Assembly: GCF_004010195.1 (NCBI RefSeq)
Contig: NC_057719.1
Span: 1,269,382 to 1,323,645, forward strand
DNA: 54,264 nt
Origin: Chiloscyllium plagiosum
Taxonomy: Eukaryota
Direction of reading: 5' to 3'
In this document: one piece after another, positions 37,008-49,399 of the stretch
How positions within the stretch are numbered: the stretch's first letter is position 1
Layout: the number at the start of each line of letters is the position of its first letter
Translations under genes and position numbers: made by a program
Notes under the pieces: generated by a model
Told to the model about the DNA's origin: nothing
The model's input: the letters and a program-made list of their open reading frames with translations, nothing else
Databases searched by the model: none

Positions 37008-37537
37008 AATTGTGTGCAATTCTGGTCTCCTTCCTATCCGAAAGATGTTGTGAAACTTGAAAGGGTTCAGAAAAGATTTACAAGGATGTTGCCAGGGTTG
37101 GAGGATCTGAGCTACAGCGAGAGGTTGAACAGGCTGGGGGTGTTTTCCCTGGAGCGTTGGAGGTTGAGGGGTGACCTTATAGAGGTTTATAAGATCATGA
37201 GGGGCATGGTGAAAGTCTTTTCCCTGGGGCGGGGAGTCCAGAACTAGAGGGCATAGGTTTAGGGTGAGAGGGGAAAGATATAAAAGAGACCTAAGGGGCA
37301 ACTTTTTCACGCAGAGGGTGGTACGTGTATGGAATGAGCTGCCAGAGGATGTGGTGGAGGCTGGTACAATTGCAACATTTAAGAGGCATCTGGATGGGTA
37401 TATGAATAGGTAGGGTTTGGAGCGATATGGGCCTGGTGCTGGCAGGTGGGACTAGATTGGGTTGGGATATCTGGTCAGCATGGACGGATTGGACCAAAGG
37501 GTCTGTTTCCATGCTGTACATCTCTATGACTCTATGA
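37008..37537 (+). mobile_element. CR1 3' fragment
   Basis: CVQFWSPSY.KDVVKLERVQKRFTRMLPGLEDLSY; CTATGACTCTATGAC tail. Confidence 0.93.
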
Positions 37538-37844
37538 CCAATAACTATAATTAATAACATGCCTCAGTTAATACAGACATTGGGAGAAACTATTCCTAAA
37601 CTGTGAGCAGCTGACCAGGAAATGATGAAACCTACTGCCCAGGATTATAATGCTAATTGGTGGAGTTCACTGGTAATCAAAGCTCATTATTCCATGGTCC
37701 ATATCAAAAGCATAAATGTATTATTTAATCACCAAGAATGGTCAAATTTATTTGTCTTTGTTACTGTTATCCTGATCAGAAGAATCTTTCACCAGGTTTC
37801 TCCAATAAACTCAAAAATAATAAAAAGAGTTTAAAGAATAAGTT

Positions 37845-40770
37845 TGTTTTCTTTATTCACCTTGGGATGTGGACATTGCTGGCTGGTCCAGCATTTATTA
37901 CACGTCCCTAGTTGCCCTCGTGAAGGTGGGGGTGAGCTGCCTTCTTGAACCGGTGCAGTCCATATACAACAAGTATACCCACAATGCCCTTAAGGAGGGA
38001 ATTCCGGGATTTTGACCCAGTGACAGTGAACGAATGGTGATATATTTCCAAGTCAGGATGGTGAGGGGCTCTGAGGGGAACTAGCAGCTGACAGTGTTCC
38101 CATGTATCTGCTGCCCTTGTCCTTCTAAATGGAAGTGGTTGTGGGTTTGAAAGGTGCTGTCTAAGAATCTTTGGTGAATTTCTGCAGTGCATCTTGTAGA
38201 TGGTACACACTGCTGCTACTGAGTGTCAGTGATAGAGGGAGTAAATGTTTGTGGATATGATGCCGATCAAGCGGCTGCTTTGTCCTGAATGGTGTCAAGC
38301 TTCTTGAGTGTTGTTGGAGCTGCACCAATCCGGGCAAGTGGGGACTATTCCATCACACTCCTGACATGTACCTTGTAGATGGTGGACAGGCTTTGGGGAG
38401 TCCGGAGATCAACTACTTGCCGCATTATTCCTAGCCTCTGACCCGCTCTCGTAGCCATTGTGTTTATTCGGCTCGACCAGTTGACTTTGTGGTCGATGGC
38501 ATTTCCCAGGATGTTGACATTGGACATCTAGTGATAGTAACCATTGAATGTCAAGGGGTGGTGGTTAGATTGTCTCTTATTGGAAATGGTCATTGCCTAG
38601 CATTTCTGTGGCATGAATGTTTTGTGCCACTTGTCAGCCCAAGCCTGGATATTGTCCAAACCTTTTTGTATTTGAACATGGACTGCTTCGGTATGTGAGG
38701 AGTCATGAATGGATGTTGAGTACTGTGTAATAGTCGGTGAACATGACTCCAACAGCAGGGGTTTTGCCCCCAATATCCATTCATTCCAGTTTTGCTAGGG
38801 CTCCTTGATGTCACAATCAGTTGAATGTGGCCTTGATGTCCAGGGCTATCCCTCTCCCCTCCCCTCTGGAATTCAGCTCTTTTGTCCATGTTTGAACCAA
38901 GGCTGTAATGAGGTCAGGAGCTGAGTGACCCTGGCGGAACCCAAACTGGGCGTCACTGAGCAGGTTATTGCTGAGCAGGTGCTGCTTGATAGCACTGTTG
39001 GTGACACCTTCCATCACTTTCCTGATGATGGAGAGTAGACTGATGGGGCAATAATTGGCCGGGTTGGAATTATCCAGGACAGAACATACCACGACAATTT
39101 TCCACATTGTTGGGTAGATGCCAGTGTTGTAACTGTACTGGAAGAGCTTGGCGAGGAGAGTGGCAAGTTCTGGAGCACAGGTTTCCAGTACTATTGCCAG
39201 AATGTTGTCAGGCCTGTTATCTTTGCATTATCCAGTGACTGTAACCGTTTCTTGATATTATGTGGAGTGAATCAAATTGGCTAGAAACTAGTAGATGCTG
39301 GGGAACCACTGGAGGAGGCTGAGATTGATCATCCACTCAGTACTTCTGACTGAAGATTGTTGTGAATGCATCAGCCTTATCATTGGGGCACTGATGTGCT
39401 GGACTGTTCCTTCATTGAGGATGGGCATATTTGTGGAGCCTTTTCCTCCAATGAGTTGTTTAATCATCCACTACCATTCATGACTGGATGTGGAAGGAAT
39501 GTAGAGCTTAGGTCTGACCTGTTGGTTGTGGAAACACTTAGCTCTGTCTATTACTTGCTGCTTATGATGTTTGACATGAAAGTAGTCCTGTTTGGTAGTT
39601 TCCCCAGGTTGATGCCTCATCTTCAGGTATACCTGGTGCTGCTCCTGGCATGCCCTCCTGCACTCTCCACTGAACCAGGGTTGATCCCTGGCTTGATGGT
39701 AATGGTTGAGTTGGGGATATGCCAGGCCATGAGGTTACAGATTGTGCTGGAGTACAATTCTGTTGCTGTTAATGGCCTATAGTGCCTCAAGGATGTCCAG
39801 TCATGAGTAGCTAGGTCTGTTTGAAGTCTGTCCCATTTAGCACAGTGATAGTGCCACACAAACGATGGAGGGTATTCTCAGTGTGAAGGTGGGACTTTGT
39901 CTCCACAAGAACTGTGCGGTGGTCACTCTTACCGATACTATCATGGACAGAATCAGCTGGCAGATTGGTAAGGATGAGATCAAGTATGTTTTTCCCTCTT
40001 GTTGGTTCCCTCACCACCTGCCACAGACCCAGTCTAGCAGCTGTGTCTTTTAGGACCCAATCAGCTCGATCAGTAGTGCTGCTATTGAGGCACTTTTGGT
40101 GATGGACATTGAAATTCTCCATCCAGAGTACATTTGTGCCATTGTCACACTCAATGTGTGGCACGGTGGCTCAGTGGTTAGCACTGCTGCCTCACAGCGC
40201 CAGTGACCTGGGTTCGATTCCGGCCTCAGGCAACTGTGTGGAGTTTGCATATTCTCCCCGTGTCTGCATGGGTTTCCTCCGGGTGCTCCGGTTTCCTCCC
40301 ACAGTCCAAAAAAAAATGTGCAGGTTAGGTGAATTGGCCATGCTAAATTGCCCATAGTGTTAGGTGAAGGGGTAAATGTAGGGGAATGGGTCTAGTTGGG
40401 TTGCTTTTCGGAGGGTTGGTGTGGACTTGTTAGGCCGAATGGCCTGTTTCCACACTGTAAGCAATCAAAAAAAAATGGAGGAGCACCAATTTCATCAGCC
40501 AAGGAGGACAGTACGTGGTAATCAGCAGGAGGTTTCCTTGCCCGTGTTTAGCCTGAAGCCATGAGATTTCATGTGGTCCAAAGTCAATGTGACTCCCAGG
40601 GCAATGCTTTCCTAACTATATCCCACTGTGCCATCTGTTTCCATGCTGTACATCTCTATGACTCTATGACCAATAACTATAATTAATAACATGCCTCAAT
40701 GTGACTCCCAGGGCAATGCTTTCCTAACTATATCCCACTGTGCCACCATCTCTACTCAGTCTGTCCTGGC
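37845..40770 (-). mobile_element. Long copy of the second CR1/L2-group LINE (APE through 3' end), with deletions
   Basis: NFNVHH..STTD..VREPTRGKNILDLILTN...SDH (APE); NPANYCPISLLSII.KVME..QFGFRQGHSAPDL..ALDIKATF (RT). Confidence 0.92.
40157..40474 (+). mobile_element. Full-length HE1-type SINE nested in the LINE
   Basis: GGCACGGTGGCTCAGTGGTTAG (A-box), GGTTCGATTCC (B-box), V-core and tail. Confidence 0.95.
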
Positions 40771-41224
40771 CTTTAAAGGATTCCCACATGCTGATGTAGA
40801 TTTAACTACAAACAGCTGCCCCAATCTGTATTCCCCAGTTCCCCCCCTAATATTGTAGTATTTAGCCTCCCCTCAGTTTAATAGTTTCACCCGAGGATAC
40901 TCTTGCCCTTATCCATAAGTAACTTAAAACTTGCAGAATTATGGTTACTGTTCCTAAAATGCTCCCCACTGAAATTTCAATTTACCCAGCCCTGCACATT
41001 CCCCAACAACAAGTCTACTATGGCCCTATTCCCTTGTTGGACGATTCCCATATTGTTTCAAGAAACCCTCCTGGACACACCTAACAAATTCACCCAATAC
41101 TTTGGGAGTCTCAATCCATAAAATCACAATTGAAGCTAAACTATTGTCTTGAGACCTCAAAACACTCCCACCTTTTAGCTTTGTTCTGTTTTATTTAACA
41201 TGTAGTTTCATACAGGAAGGTGAA

Positions 41225-41665
41225 AGATGGATGAGGAATGTTTGAGGACTCTGGGACTATATTCAGTGGAGCTTAGAAGGATGAGGGGGGATCTGATTGA
41301 CACTTACAGAATACTGAACGGCTTGAACAGAGTGGACATTGGGAAGATGTTTCCATTGGTGGGAGAGACGAGGACCCAAGGGCACAGCCTTAGAGTAAAG
41401 GGAAGACCTTTTAAAACGGAGAGAAGGAGAAACTTCTTCAGCCAGAGAGAGGGGAATCTGTGAAATTCACTGCCACAGAGGGCTGTGGAGGACAGGTCAT
41501 TGAGTATATTTAAAACAGAAATAGATAACTTCTTGACTGCCAAGAGGAGCAAAGGTTCCGGGGAGAAAGTGGGAAAATGGAGTTGAAAAACCTATCAGCC
41601 ATGACAGAGCAGACTCGATGGGTTGAATGGCCTAATTTCTGCTCCAATGTCTTATGGTCTTATGT
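41225..41665 (+). mobile_element. CR1 3' fragment
   Basis: LRTLGLYSVELRRMRGDLIDTYRIL; (TCTTATG) tail. Confidence 0.9.
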
Positions 41666-41703
41666 CTTATAAATAATAACGATATTTTGTTTTTTGAAAC
41701 CAG

Positions 41704-41843
41704 ATCAAAGGTTGTCATTACCAGGCATAGTATTGCTCTGCTGAAGAAAGCATTAAGTGCTGGGAAAATTCAAGGAACTGCAATTGAACTCCCGAAAACA
41801 GAAGCTCGACAAAGTCCAAACGTTACCCTCGAGGATGTTAAAA
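41704..41843 (+). CDS. PPP1R36: Internal coding exon of a PPP1R36-like gene (xSKVVITRHSIALLKKALSAGKIQGTAIELPKTEARQSPNVTLEDVK)
   Basis: Acceptor TTTTGTTTTTTGAAACCAG, donor AA/GTGAGC; open frame, phase 2 to 1; ends VTLEDVK, like recalled human ITLDDVK. Confidence 0.75.
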
Positions 41844-42044
41844 GTGAGCATGTGACTTGCAATACTCTCCTTTTTGATCACTGTCTTGATCACTGCCTCC
41901 ATTTGTTTTTCAAAAATACTAACCCCAACTGTGTCTGATGTACAACCCATTTCAGCCCCTCCCTGCACAGTGACTCACACTGACTGCAGACTCCTCCGAA
42001 TCTATCCACCATCAGGCACAAGGCAGGAGTGGAATGGAATACTT

Positions 42045-42480
42045 TTTTTGAGTTTGATTTATTGTTGTCACATGTACTGAGATACAGTGAGAAGTGTTGT
42101 TTTGCGTGCTCTGCAGGCAAATTGTACCATACAAAGTGTATCAGGGTAGCAGAACAGAGTGCAGAATACAGTGTTACAGCTGCAGAGAAGGTGGGGAGAG
42201 CGAGAGAGATCAACATTTGAGAGGTCCATTCAGAAGTCTGAAAGCAGCAGAGAAGAAGCTGTTCTTGAATCAATTTGTACTTGTATTCAAACTTTTATAT
42301 CTTCTGCCCGACGGAAGAGGATTGAAGAGAGCATAACCGGGGTGGGAGGGGTCTTTGATGATGTTGGTTGCTTTTTCAAGGTAGTGGGAAGTATAGACGG
42401 AGTCAATGGATGGAACGTTGACTTGTGCAATGGACTTGGCCGTGTTCACAACTCTTTGTAATTTCTTGCAGTGTTGGGAA
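42045..42480 (-). mobile_element. Rex1/Babar LINE 3' end
   Basis: Reverse complement encodes PLPSGRRYKSLNT...FKNSFF; AATAAATC-type 3' end. Confidence 0.8.
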
Positions 42481-42484
42481 AAGC

Positions 42485-42925
42485 GGTGGGTTGGATGGGT
42501 GCAGCTCCAACAAGAAGCTCGACACTAACCAGGCTAGAGCAGCCTACCACATCCACAAACACCTGCACCACCAGCAATGTGTACAAAATGCACTATAGAC
42601 CTTCCTGAAAGAACCTCAGGCAGCACCTTCCAAACCTAAGACCACTTCTATCTAGGAGGACAAGGGCAGCAGATATATCGGAACACCACACCCTGCAAGT
42701 TCCCCTCCGAGCCACTCACCATGCTGACTTGAAAATATATCGCCGTTCCTTCACTGTCACATGTCAAAATCCTGGAATTCCCTCCCTAAGGGCATTGTGA
42801 GTCAACCCACAGCATATGGACTGCAGCGGTTCAAGAAGGCAGCTCACCCCCACCTTCTCAAGGGGCAACTAGGGATGGATGATAAATGCTGGGCCCAGCC
42901 AGCGATGTCCACATCCCACAATTGA
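42485..42925 (+). mobile_element. Second-family LINE 3' fragment
   Basis: GGACTGCAGCGGTTCAAGAAGGCAGCTCACCCCCACCTTCTCAAGG...ATAAATGCTGG. Confidence 0.88.
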
Positions 42926-43377
42926 ATATAAAAATACACAGGATCAGTTTCAGGATGAGGAGAAATTTCTTCACTCAGAAGATGTGAATCTTTGGAGACC
43001 TTTAGCCTGGTGTTATAGAGCGCTCATTGGTTCAGTTGGGGGAGGTGGGAGGGGAGGCAAGCTCTCGGCCAGATGGTCTGGATTCAAGACTCACCCCAGG
43101 TCACCAAGGAAGGTGTGTTCAGAACGTGCTCAAATGGGTTGAAAATCAATTTGTACATCCTTCAAATCCACTTCCTGCCAATGGTTAGGTGGCGAGAGCA
43201 GGAGAGAGCCTTGGTCAGTCATGTGATGGAGCCTCTCCCGTCATTCCTAACTACAACAGGTATATCAGAGTGGATGTATCAGAGCAGGTTACATTTTGGA
43301 GTGATCTGTAATTACACCACCATAACCATCCTGGGGTTATGTTGCATAAAGTCAGCAGCTGAAGGACAGAACTGGCT

Positions 43378-43470
43378 CCTGAAGAAGGGCTTATGCCCGA
43401 AATGTCGATTCTCCTGTCCCCTGGATGCTGCCTGACCTGCTGCGCTTTTCCAGCAACACATTTTCAGCTC
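43378..43470 (+). mobile_element. PLE terminal-repeat fragment with hammerhead motif (CpG-decayed GAAATGTC)
   Basis: CTGAAGA-A-GGGC TTAT GCCC-GAAA-T-GTC-GATT. Confidence 0.78.
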
Positions 43471-43551
43471 TGGTGCCAATCTTAGCATACTTTCATAATT
43501 ATTTACAGAATTACCCATTAGAACATCTCACTGTCACCCATTCCCAGCCTC

Positions 43552-44113
43552 GGTAAAAACAATGACTGCAGATGCTGGAAACCAGATTCTGGATTAGTGG
43601 TGCTGGAAGAGCACAGCAGTTCAGGCAGCATCCGAGGAGCAGTAAAATCAACGTTTCGGCAAAAACCCTTCATCAGGAATACAGGCAGAGAGCCTGAAGC
43701 GTGGAGAGATAAGTGAGAGGAGGGTGGGGGTGGGGAGAAAGTAGCATAGAGTACAATAGGTGAGTGGGGGAGGGGATGAAGGTGATAAGTCGGGGGGGGA
43801 GGGGGTGGAGTGGATAGGTGGAAAAGAAGATAGGCAGGTCGAGTTTGTTTCAGGACATGTTTGAAGAGCTTCAGGGCAGAGGAAATGACCTGGGAGTTGC
43901 AGTGGGAGAGGGACTCCCTGAGATTCTTGTAGAGAGAGGAGGAAAACTTCTTTAAGGCAGGCATCCCCACCCCCACCCTCCTCTCACTTATCTCTCCACG
44001 CTTCAGGCTCTCTGCCTGTATTCCTGTTGAAGGGCTTTTGCCCGAAACGTCGATTTTACTGCTCCTCGGATGCTGCCTGACCTGCTGTGCTCTTCCAGCA
44101 CCACTAATCCAGA
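43552..44113. mobile_element. Penelope-like element with ~150-bp inverted termini and a 15-16-bp TSD
   Basis: ACCCATTCCCAGCCTC at 43536-43551 and 44114-44129; hammerhead-like motifs on both strands (~43645-43680 minus, 44020-44056 plus); minus-strand SSSLYKNLRESLSHCNSQVISSALKLF ORF-start fragment. Confidence 0.85.
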
Positions 44114-44452
44114 ACCCATTCCCAGCCTCCCCTACAATATGGCCTCTGTGCTGCCTGTTAATTCACTTCCCCCACCTGCACCAGCTCAAACAGCTTTGTC
44201 GCCCAGTTTCATCTCACTCAATCACATCCTTTTCCCCATGCCCAGAACAGTAGGGCAGAAAGAGCAAAGATGCTTGGTGTTCTGCCTGACACTCATCTCC
44301 TCACCCCTCACAGGGAGAGGACCCTGACTGTCCACCCTGAGTATCTGCTTGACTCTGCCCAAACCTCTGGACTCCTATTGGAGGCTGCCTTTGACTTACT
44401 CTACCGGGGCTCCCTGAACTGAAGGCTATCCCCCTTGACCTTATTGAGTTAG

Positions 44453-46540
44453 ACCATAGGAAATAGGAATAGGAGGGGACCATTCAGCCCTTTGAGCTTG
44501 CTCCACTTTTTACAGGATCAGGGCTTATCAGACACTCCTCATGTCCATATTCCTGCCTTTTCCCCAAAACTCTCCATTCCGTGACTGATCAAGGATTGAT
44601 GTATTTGCACAAAAACGACTCTCTGCCCCACCCCTCCCCCCTCCCCCATCTCTCTGTAGCATGGAGTTCCAAAGACTCACAACCCTCTGAGAGAAGAAAT
44701 TCCTCCTCATCTCCGTCTTAAATTGGTGCCCCTTTATTCTGAGACTGTGCCCTCTGGTACTAGACTCTCCCATGAGGGGAAACATTCTCCCAGTATTTAC
44801 TCTGACATGCCCCTCAGAAATGCTGTATGTTTCAATAAGATCACCTCTCATTCTTTTGAACTGCAGTGAGTAGAATTTGTCAGATGAAAATCCCTCTCGA
44901 CCAGGAATCATCTGAATGAACCTTCTCTGAACTGCCTCCAATGAAATAATATCTTGGGTGGTGGTTGATGGGTAATATTCATCCTGTGGTTCAATCACTA
45001 GTGGTGTATCGCAAGGATCTGTTTTGGGGACACTGCTGTTTGTCATTTTTATAAATGACCTGGATGAGGGCCTAGAAGGGTGGGTTAGTAAATTTGCTGA
45101 TGACACTAAGGTCGGTAAAGTTGTGGATACTGCAGAAGGATGTTGTAGGTAACAGAGGGACATAGATAAGCTGCGGTGCAACATCAAGGGCAAATGGAGT
45201 TTAATGTGGAAAACTGTGAGGTGATTCACGTTGGAAGGAGTAACAGGAACAAAGAGTACTGGGCTAATGGTAAGATTCTTGGTAGTGCAGATGAGCAGAG
45301 GGATCTTGGTGTCCATGTACATAGATCCCTGAAAGTTGCCACCCAGGTTGATAGGTCTGTTAGGAAGGCATATGGTGTGTTAGTTTTTATTGGTAGAGAG
45401 ATTGAGTTTTGGAGCCACGGGGTCATGCTGCAACTGTACAAACCCTGGTGCGGTCGCACTTCGAGTATTGTGTACAGTTCTGGTCACCGCATTATAGGAA
45501 GGAAGTGGAAGCTTTGGAAAGGGTTCAGAGGAGATTTACTGGGATGTTGCCTGGTATGGAGGGAAGGTCTTATGAGGAAAGGCTGAGGGACTTGAGGGAC
45601 TTAACTGTTTTCGTTGAAGAGAAGGTTGAGAGGTGACCTAATTGAGACATATAAGATAATCAGAGGGTTAGATAGGATGGACAGTGAGAGCCTTTTTCCT
45701 CGGATGGTGATGGCTAGCTTGAGGGGACATAGCTTTAAATTGAGGGGTGATAGATATAGGACAGATGTCAGAGGTAGTTTCTTTACTCAGTGAGTAGTAG
45801 GGGCATGGAACACACTGCCTGTTACAGTAGGAGACTCACCAACTTTAAGGGCATTTAAATGGTCATTGGATATACATATGGACAAGAATGGAATAGTGTC
45901 GGTTAGATGGGCTTCAGATTGGTTTCACAGGTCGGTGCAACATCAAGGGCTGAAGGGCCTGTGCTGTGCTGTAAAGTTCTATGTTGTAGGTTCTATCTTT
46001 GCTAAAATAAGGGGACAAAACTGCTCACAGTGCTCCAGATGTGGTCTCCCCAGCCCCTTGTACAGTTGCAGTAAGACTTCCCTACTGTTATACTCCAATC
46101 CCCATGGAGTATAGACCAACATTCCATTAGCCTTCCTGATTACCTGCTGCACCTGTGTGCTAGCTTTCTGTGCTTCATGTACAATTCTCCCAAGTCCTGC
46201 TGTGTTGCAGATTTCTGCAGTTTTTCTCCATTTAAACAATACAGTTTTTTTTCTCCCTTCCAGACTGAACAACTTTACATTTTTCCAAGTGATACTCCAT
46301 TTGCCAACTCCGCACCCACTTGCTTAACCTATCAATACCCCTTTCTAAGCTGTTTGTATCTTTCTCATAACTTATCTTTCCACCTGTTTTTGTGTTGTCT
46401 GCAAATTTGACTACAGTACATTCACTCCCTTCCTCCGAGTTATTAATGTAGATTGTGAACAGTTGTCGCCCAATCACTGATTCTCATGGAACCCTACAGG
46501 TCACCAGTGTGAAAAAGAACCCCTTATCCCACTCATTGTT
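44453..46540 (-). mobile_element. Old minus-strand CR1 with a younger plus-strand CR1 (44956-45992) nested in it
   Basis: Host CR1 is continuous across the insert with TATCTT duplicated; insert has the GV.QGSVLG.LLF and KFADD motifs and a TTCTATG tail. Confidence 0.88.
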
Positions 46541-47049
46541 TTTATAGCAGTAAACCTCATCTCTGAGCTGCTAACTTGTGTGAATCTTGTCTCGAAAACT
46601 ATTGGAAAATGCTCTTGGTGTCAAGAAAGGCCTCACTCAGCTTTTCACATGAATTTTCAGCATCGCACACATTGTTCAGGGCCAGACGAGATTCTGCCCA
46701 AAGACTATTAAGGGATAGGGGAAGAGTGGGCTTGATGTAGATCAGCAGCAATCATATTGAACAGTTGAGCAGACTCAATGGACCAAATGATCTACCCCAT
46801 CTCCTGTTTCTTGCACAGTTAGAGTGGTAAGACAGTAAGTGAGCAGCACGGACTTATAGCTTGGTCCAGTCTTGCTGCCAATCCCTGGAGAGAATTAACA
46901 TTGAGCTGATTCTAAACAAGGAATTGTAAATAGTGGAGGGACTGTATTTTTTAAATTAATTCATGGGAGGTGATTTTGTGCCAATCCCTAATTGCCCCTT
47001 GAGAAGGTGATGGAGCTGCCTTCTTGAACCACAGTCTGTATACCTTGTT

Positions 47050-47690
47050 GCACATCTAAATCATTCTTCATGAGGGTTTCTGCCTCAGATTCTAGATTCC
47101 CACCACCCTCTGGAGGAAAAAGTTTTTCCTCACATCTCCTCTCCACTTCCTGCCCCTTACCTCAAATCTATGTTCCCTGATTACTGACCCCTCCATCAAA
47201 GCAAAATGTTCCTTCCTGTCTACCCTGTCTATGCCCCTCATAATTTTATACATCTAAATCATGCCTCCCTCAGTCTCCGCTGCTCTAAGGAAAACCACCC
47301 CAGTCTGTCCAATCTCTCTTCATAACTGAAACTCTCCAGTCCAGGCAACCTCCTGGTAAATCCCCTCTGCTCCCTCTTCAATGCTGTCACATCCCTCCTA
47401 TAATGTGGATTCCAGAACTGCACACAATACCCTAGCCGTGGACTAACTGAAGTTTTAGATAGTTCCAGTATCACCCTGTTGTTTAATCTATTCCTCAGCT
47501 GATAAAGGCAAATATATTTGCCTTTATCAGCTGAGGAATGGATTAAAATATAACATTTACCTTCTGAAGCACTTTCTTCAGCTGTACTGATACCTTAAGG
47601 GAGTGGTGGATGTGCCCACCAAAGTCCCTAATATCCTCGGTGCACCCCAAGATCCTACAGCTCATCATTAGTTCCCATACTCCATCACCC
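47050..47690 (-). mobile_element. Old CR1 fragment containing a 66-bp palindrome
   Basis: YCVQFWNPHYRRDVTAL.REQR.FTR.LPGLESFSYEERLDRLG. Confidence 0.85.
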
Positions 47691-47760
47691 TCCTGACTGT
47701 CCACAGGCTCTGGGGAGTCAGAAGGATTCCTAGCCCCTGACCTGCTCTTGTAGCTCCTGT

Positions 47761-47897
47761 AGACAAAAGTGAGGACTGCAGATGCTGGAAACCAGAGTTT
47801 AGATCGTTGTGGTGCTGGAAAAGCACAGCAGGTCAGGCAGCATCCAAGGAGCAGGAAAATCAATGCTTCGGGCAAAAGCCCTTCATCAGAAATTGGG
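47761..47897 (-). mobile_element. PLE terminal-repeat insertion with ~14-bp TSD
   Basis: CTT(G/A)TAGCTCCTGT at 47747 and 47898; degenerate CTGATGA-AGGGC TTTT GCCC-GAAG on the minus strand. Confidence 0.78.
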
Positions 47898-48398
47898 CTT
47901 ATAGCTCCTGTGTTTGTGCGGTATAGCCCCCAGGATGTTGATAATGGGGTATTCAGTGTTCTCAGTGCTCCAGTAAGGGGAACAGCCTTTTAGCATTTGA
48001 CCTGTCGTACCCTCTAAGAATTATACACATTTCAATTTTCATTCACCCAATTCTATTCAATCTCTCTTTATAGGCCAAGCCTCCCACCCCAGGATCAATC
48101 CAGTTCCTCTTCCCTGTTCCCTCTCTCATATCCATCCTCGACCCTAAACCACGACAGATATGATTTCACTGTTCACTTTCTGCACAAATTATTCTCTAAC
48201 ACCATCCTGTCATCAGAAATTGACTCACAAGGTGGAGTCAGAGGGAACCAAGTGTAAGAACTTTGTGCTGATGCACGGGAGACGTTTACAACTGGGGAGA
48301 GGCTAACTGAAGGCGGCCATCACATTGTAATGAGGGATACTGTGGTCATAGTGTATTGGTTACTGCGATGTAACGTGTTGCTGATGTCCTTTTCACAG

Positions 48399-48468
48399 AG
48401 GCAGCTGTCCATTTACTGAAAGGAAATGATTCACTGAGCATTTCGCCGTTGTTTCAGCAGATGTTGGG
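48399..48468 (+). CDS. PPP1R36: Internal coding exon of a PPP1R36-like gene (KAAVHLLKGNDSLSISPLFQQMLG)
   Basis: Acceptor TCCTTTTCACAG, donor GG/GTAAGA; 70 bp, phase 1 to 2, exactly bridging the flanking exons. Confidence 0.75.
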
Positions 48469-48516
48469 GTAAGAAGTGGCGGTCATTCTCTCACCATCAC
48501 GCAGCAGGGAGATTAT

Positions 48517-48846
48517 AGGGGCAGCACGGTGGCTCTGTGGTTAGCGCTGCTGCCTCACAGCAGCAGGGAACTGGGTTCGATTCCAGTCTCGGGCGACTGT
48601 CTGTGTGGAGTTTGCAGATTCTCCCCGTGTCTGTGTGGGTTTCCTCTGGGTGCTCCGGTTTCCAGTTTGGTAGATTGGCCATCCTAAATTACCCATAGTG
48701 TCCAAGGATGTGCAGGCGAGGTGGATTAAATATGGGAAATGCAAAGTCACAGGGATAGGGTTGGGTCTGGGTGAAATGATCCCTGGAGGGTCAGTGTGGA
48801 CTTGATGGGCTGTTTGTCCTGCTCCCACTCAATAGGGATTCTATTC
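48517..48846 (+). mobile_element. HE1-type SINE
   Basis: GCAGCACGGTGGCTCTGTGGTTAG, GGTTCGATTCC and V-core. Confidence 0.9.
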
Positions 48847-48934
48847 TCCAGCTAACTGTCATCCCCAACAAACAACACTTTATCATGTTCATGTCTGTGG
48901 GTTTTTTTTTGTGCACAAACTATGATCACACTTC

Positions 48935-49330
48935 ATAGAAACATAAAAGACAATAGCAGGAGTAGGCCATTGGACCCTTTCAGCCAGCTCTGCCATTCAG
49001 TATGAACATGGCTGATCATCAAGTCAATCTCCTACTCTCACCTCACCCCCCAATACTCTCTGATCCCTTTCATCACAAGAGCTGTACCTACCTCCTTCTT
49101 GAAAACACAGTGTTTTGGCCTCATTGTTTTTGGCAGAGAATCCCACAGGCTCCCCACTCTCTGGGTGAAGACATTTCTCCTCATCTCGGTCCTAAAAGGT
49201 TTACCCCTTATCCTTAAACTGTGACCCCCTGGTTCTGAACTCTCCTACCATCGGGAACATTCTTCCTGTGTCTAACCTGCCTGTAAGGTTTCCAGAGATT
49301 CACCCACCTTATTCTAAACTCCCAGGGAAT
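48935..49330 (-). mobile_element. CR1 3' fragment
   Basis: CATAGAAACATA...GTAGGCCATT...GGCTGATCATC tail in reverse orientation. Confidence 0.82.
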
Positions 49331-49399
49331 ACAGTCACAATAATGGCCCAGTACTCTTATTGACAGGAGGAAAGATGTAGATGCAGTGTCATTATCCAC

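Noticed and set aside
40157..40230. tRNA gene
   Set aside because: The A/B boxes are the head of an HE1-type SINE, followed by the V-core and LINE tail.
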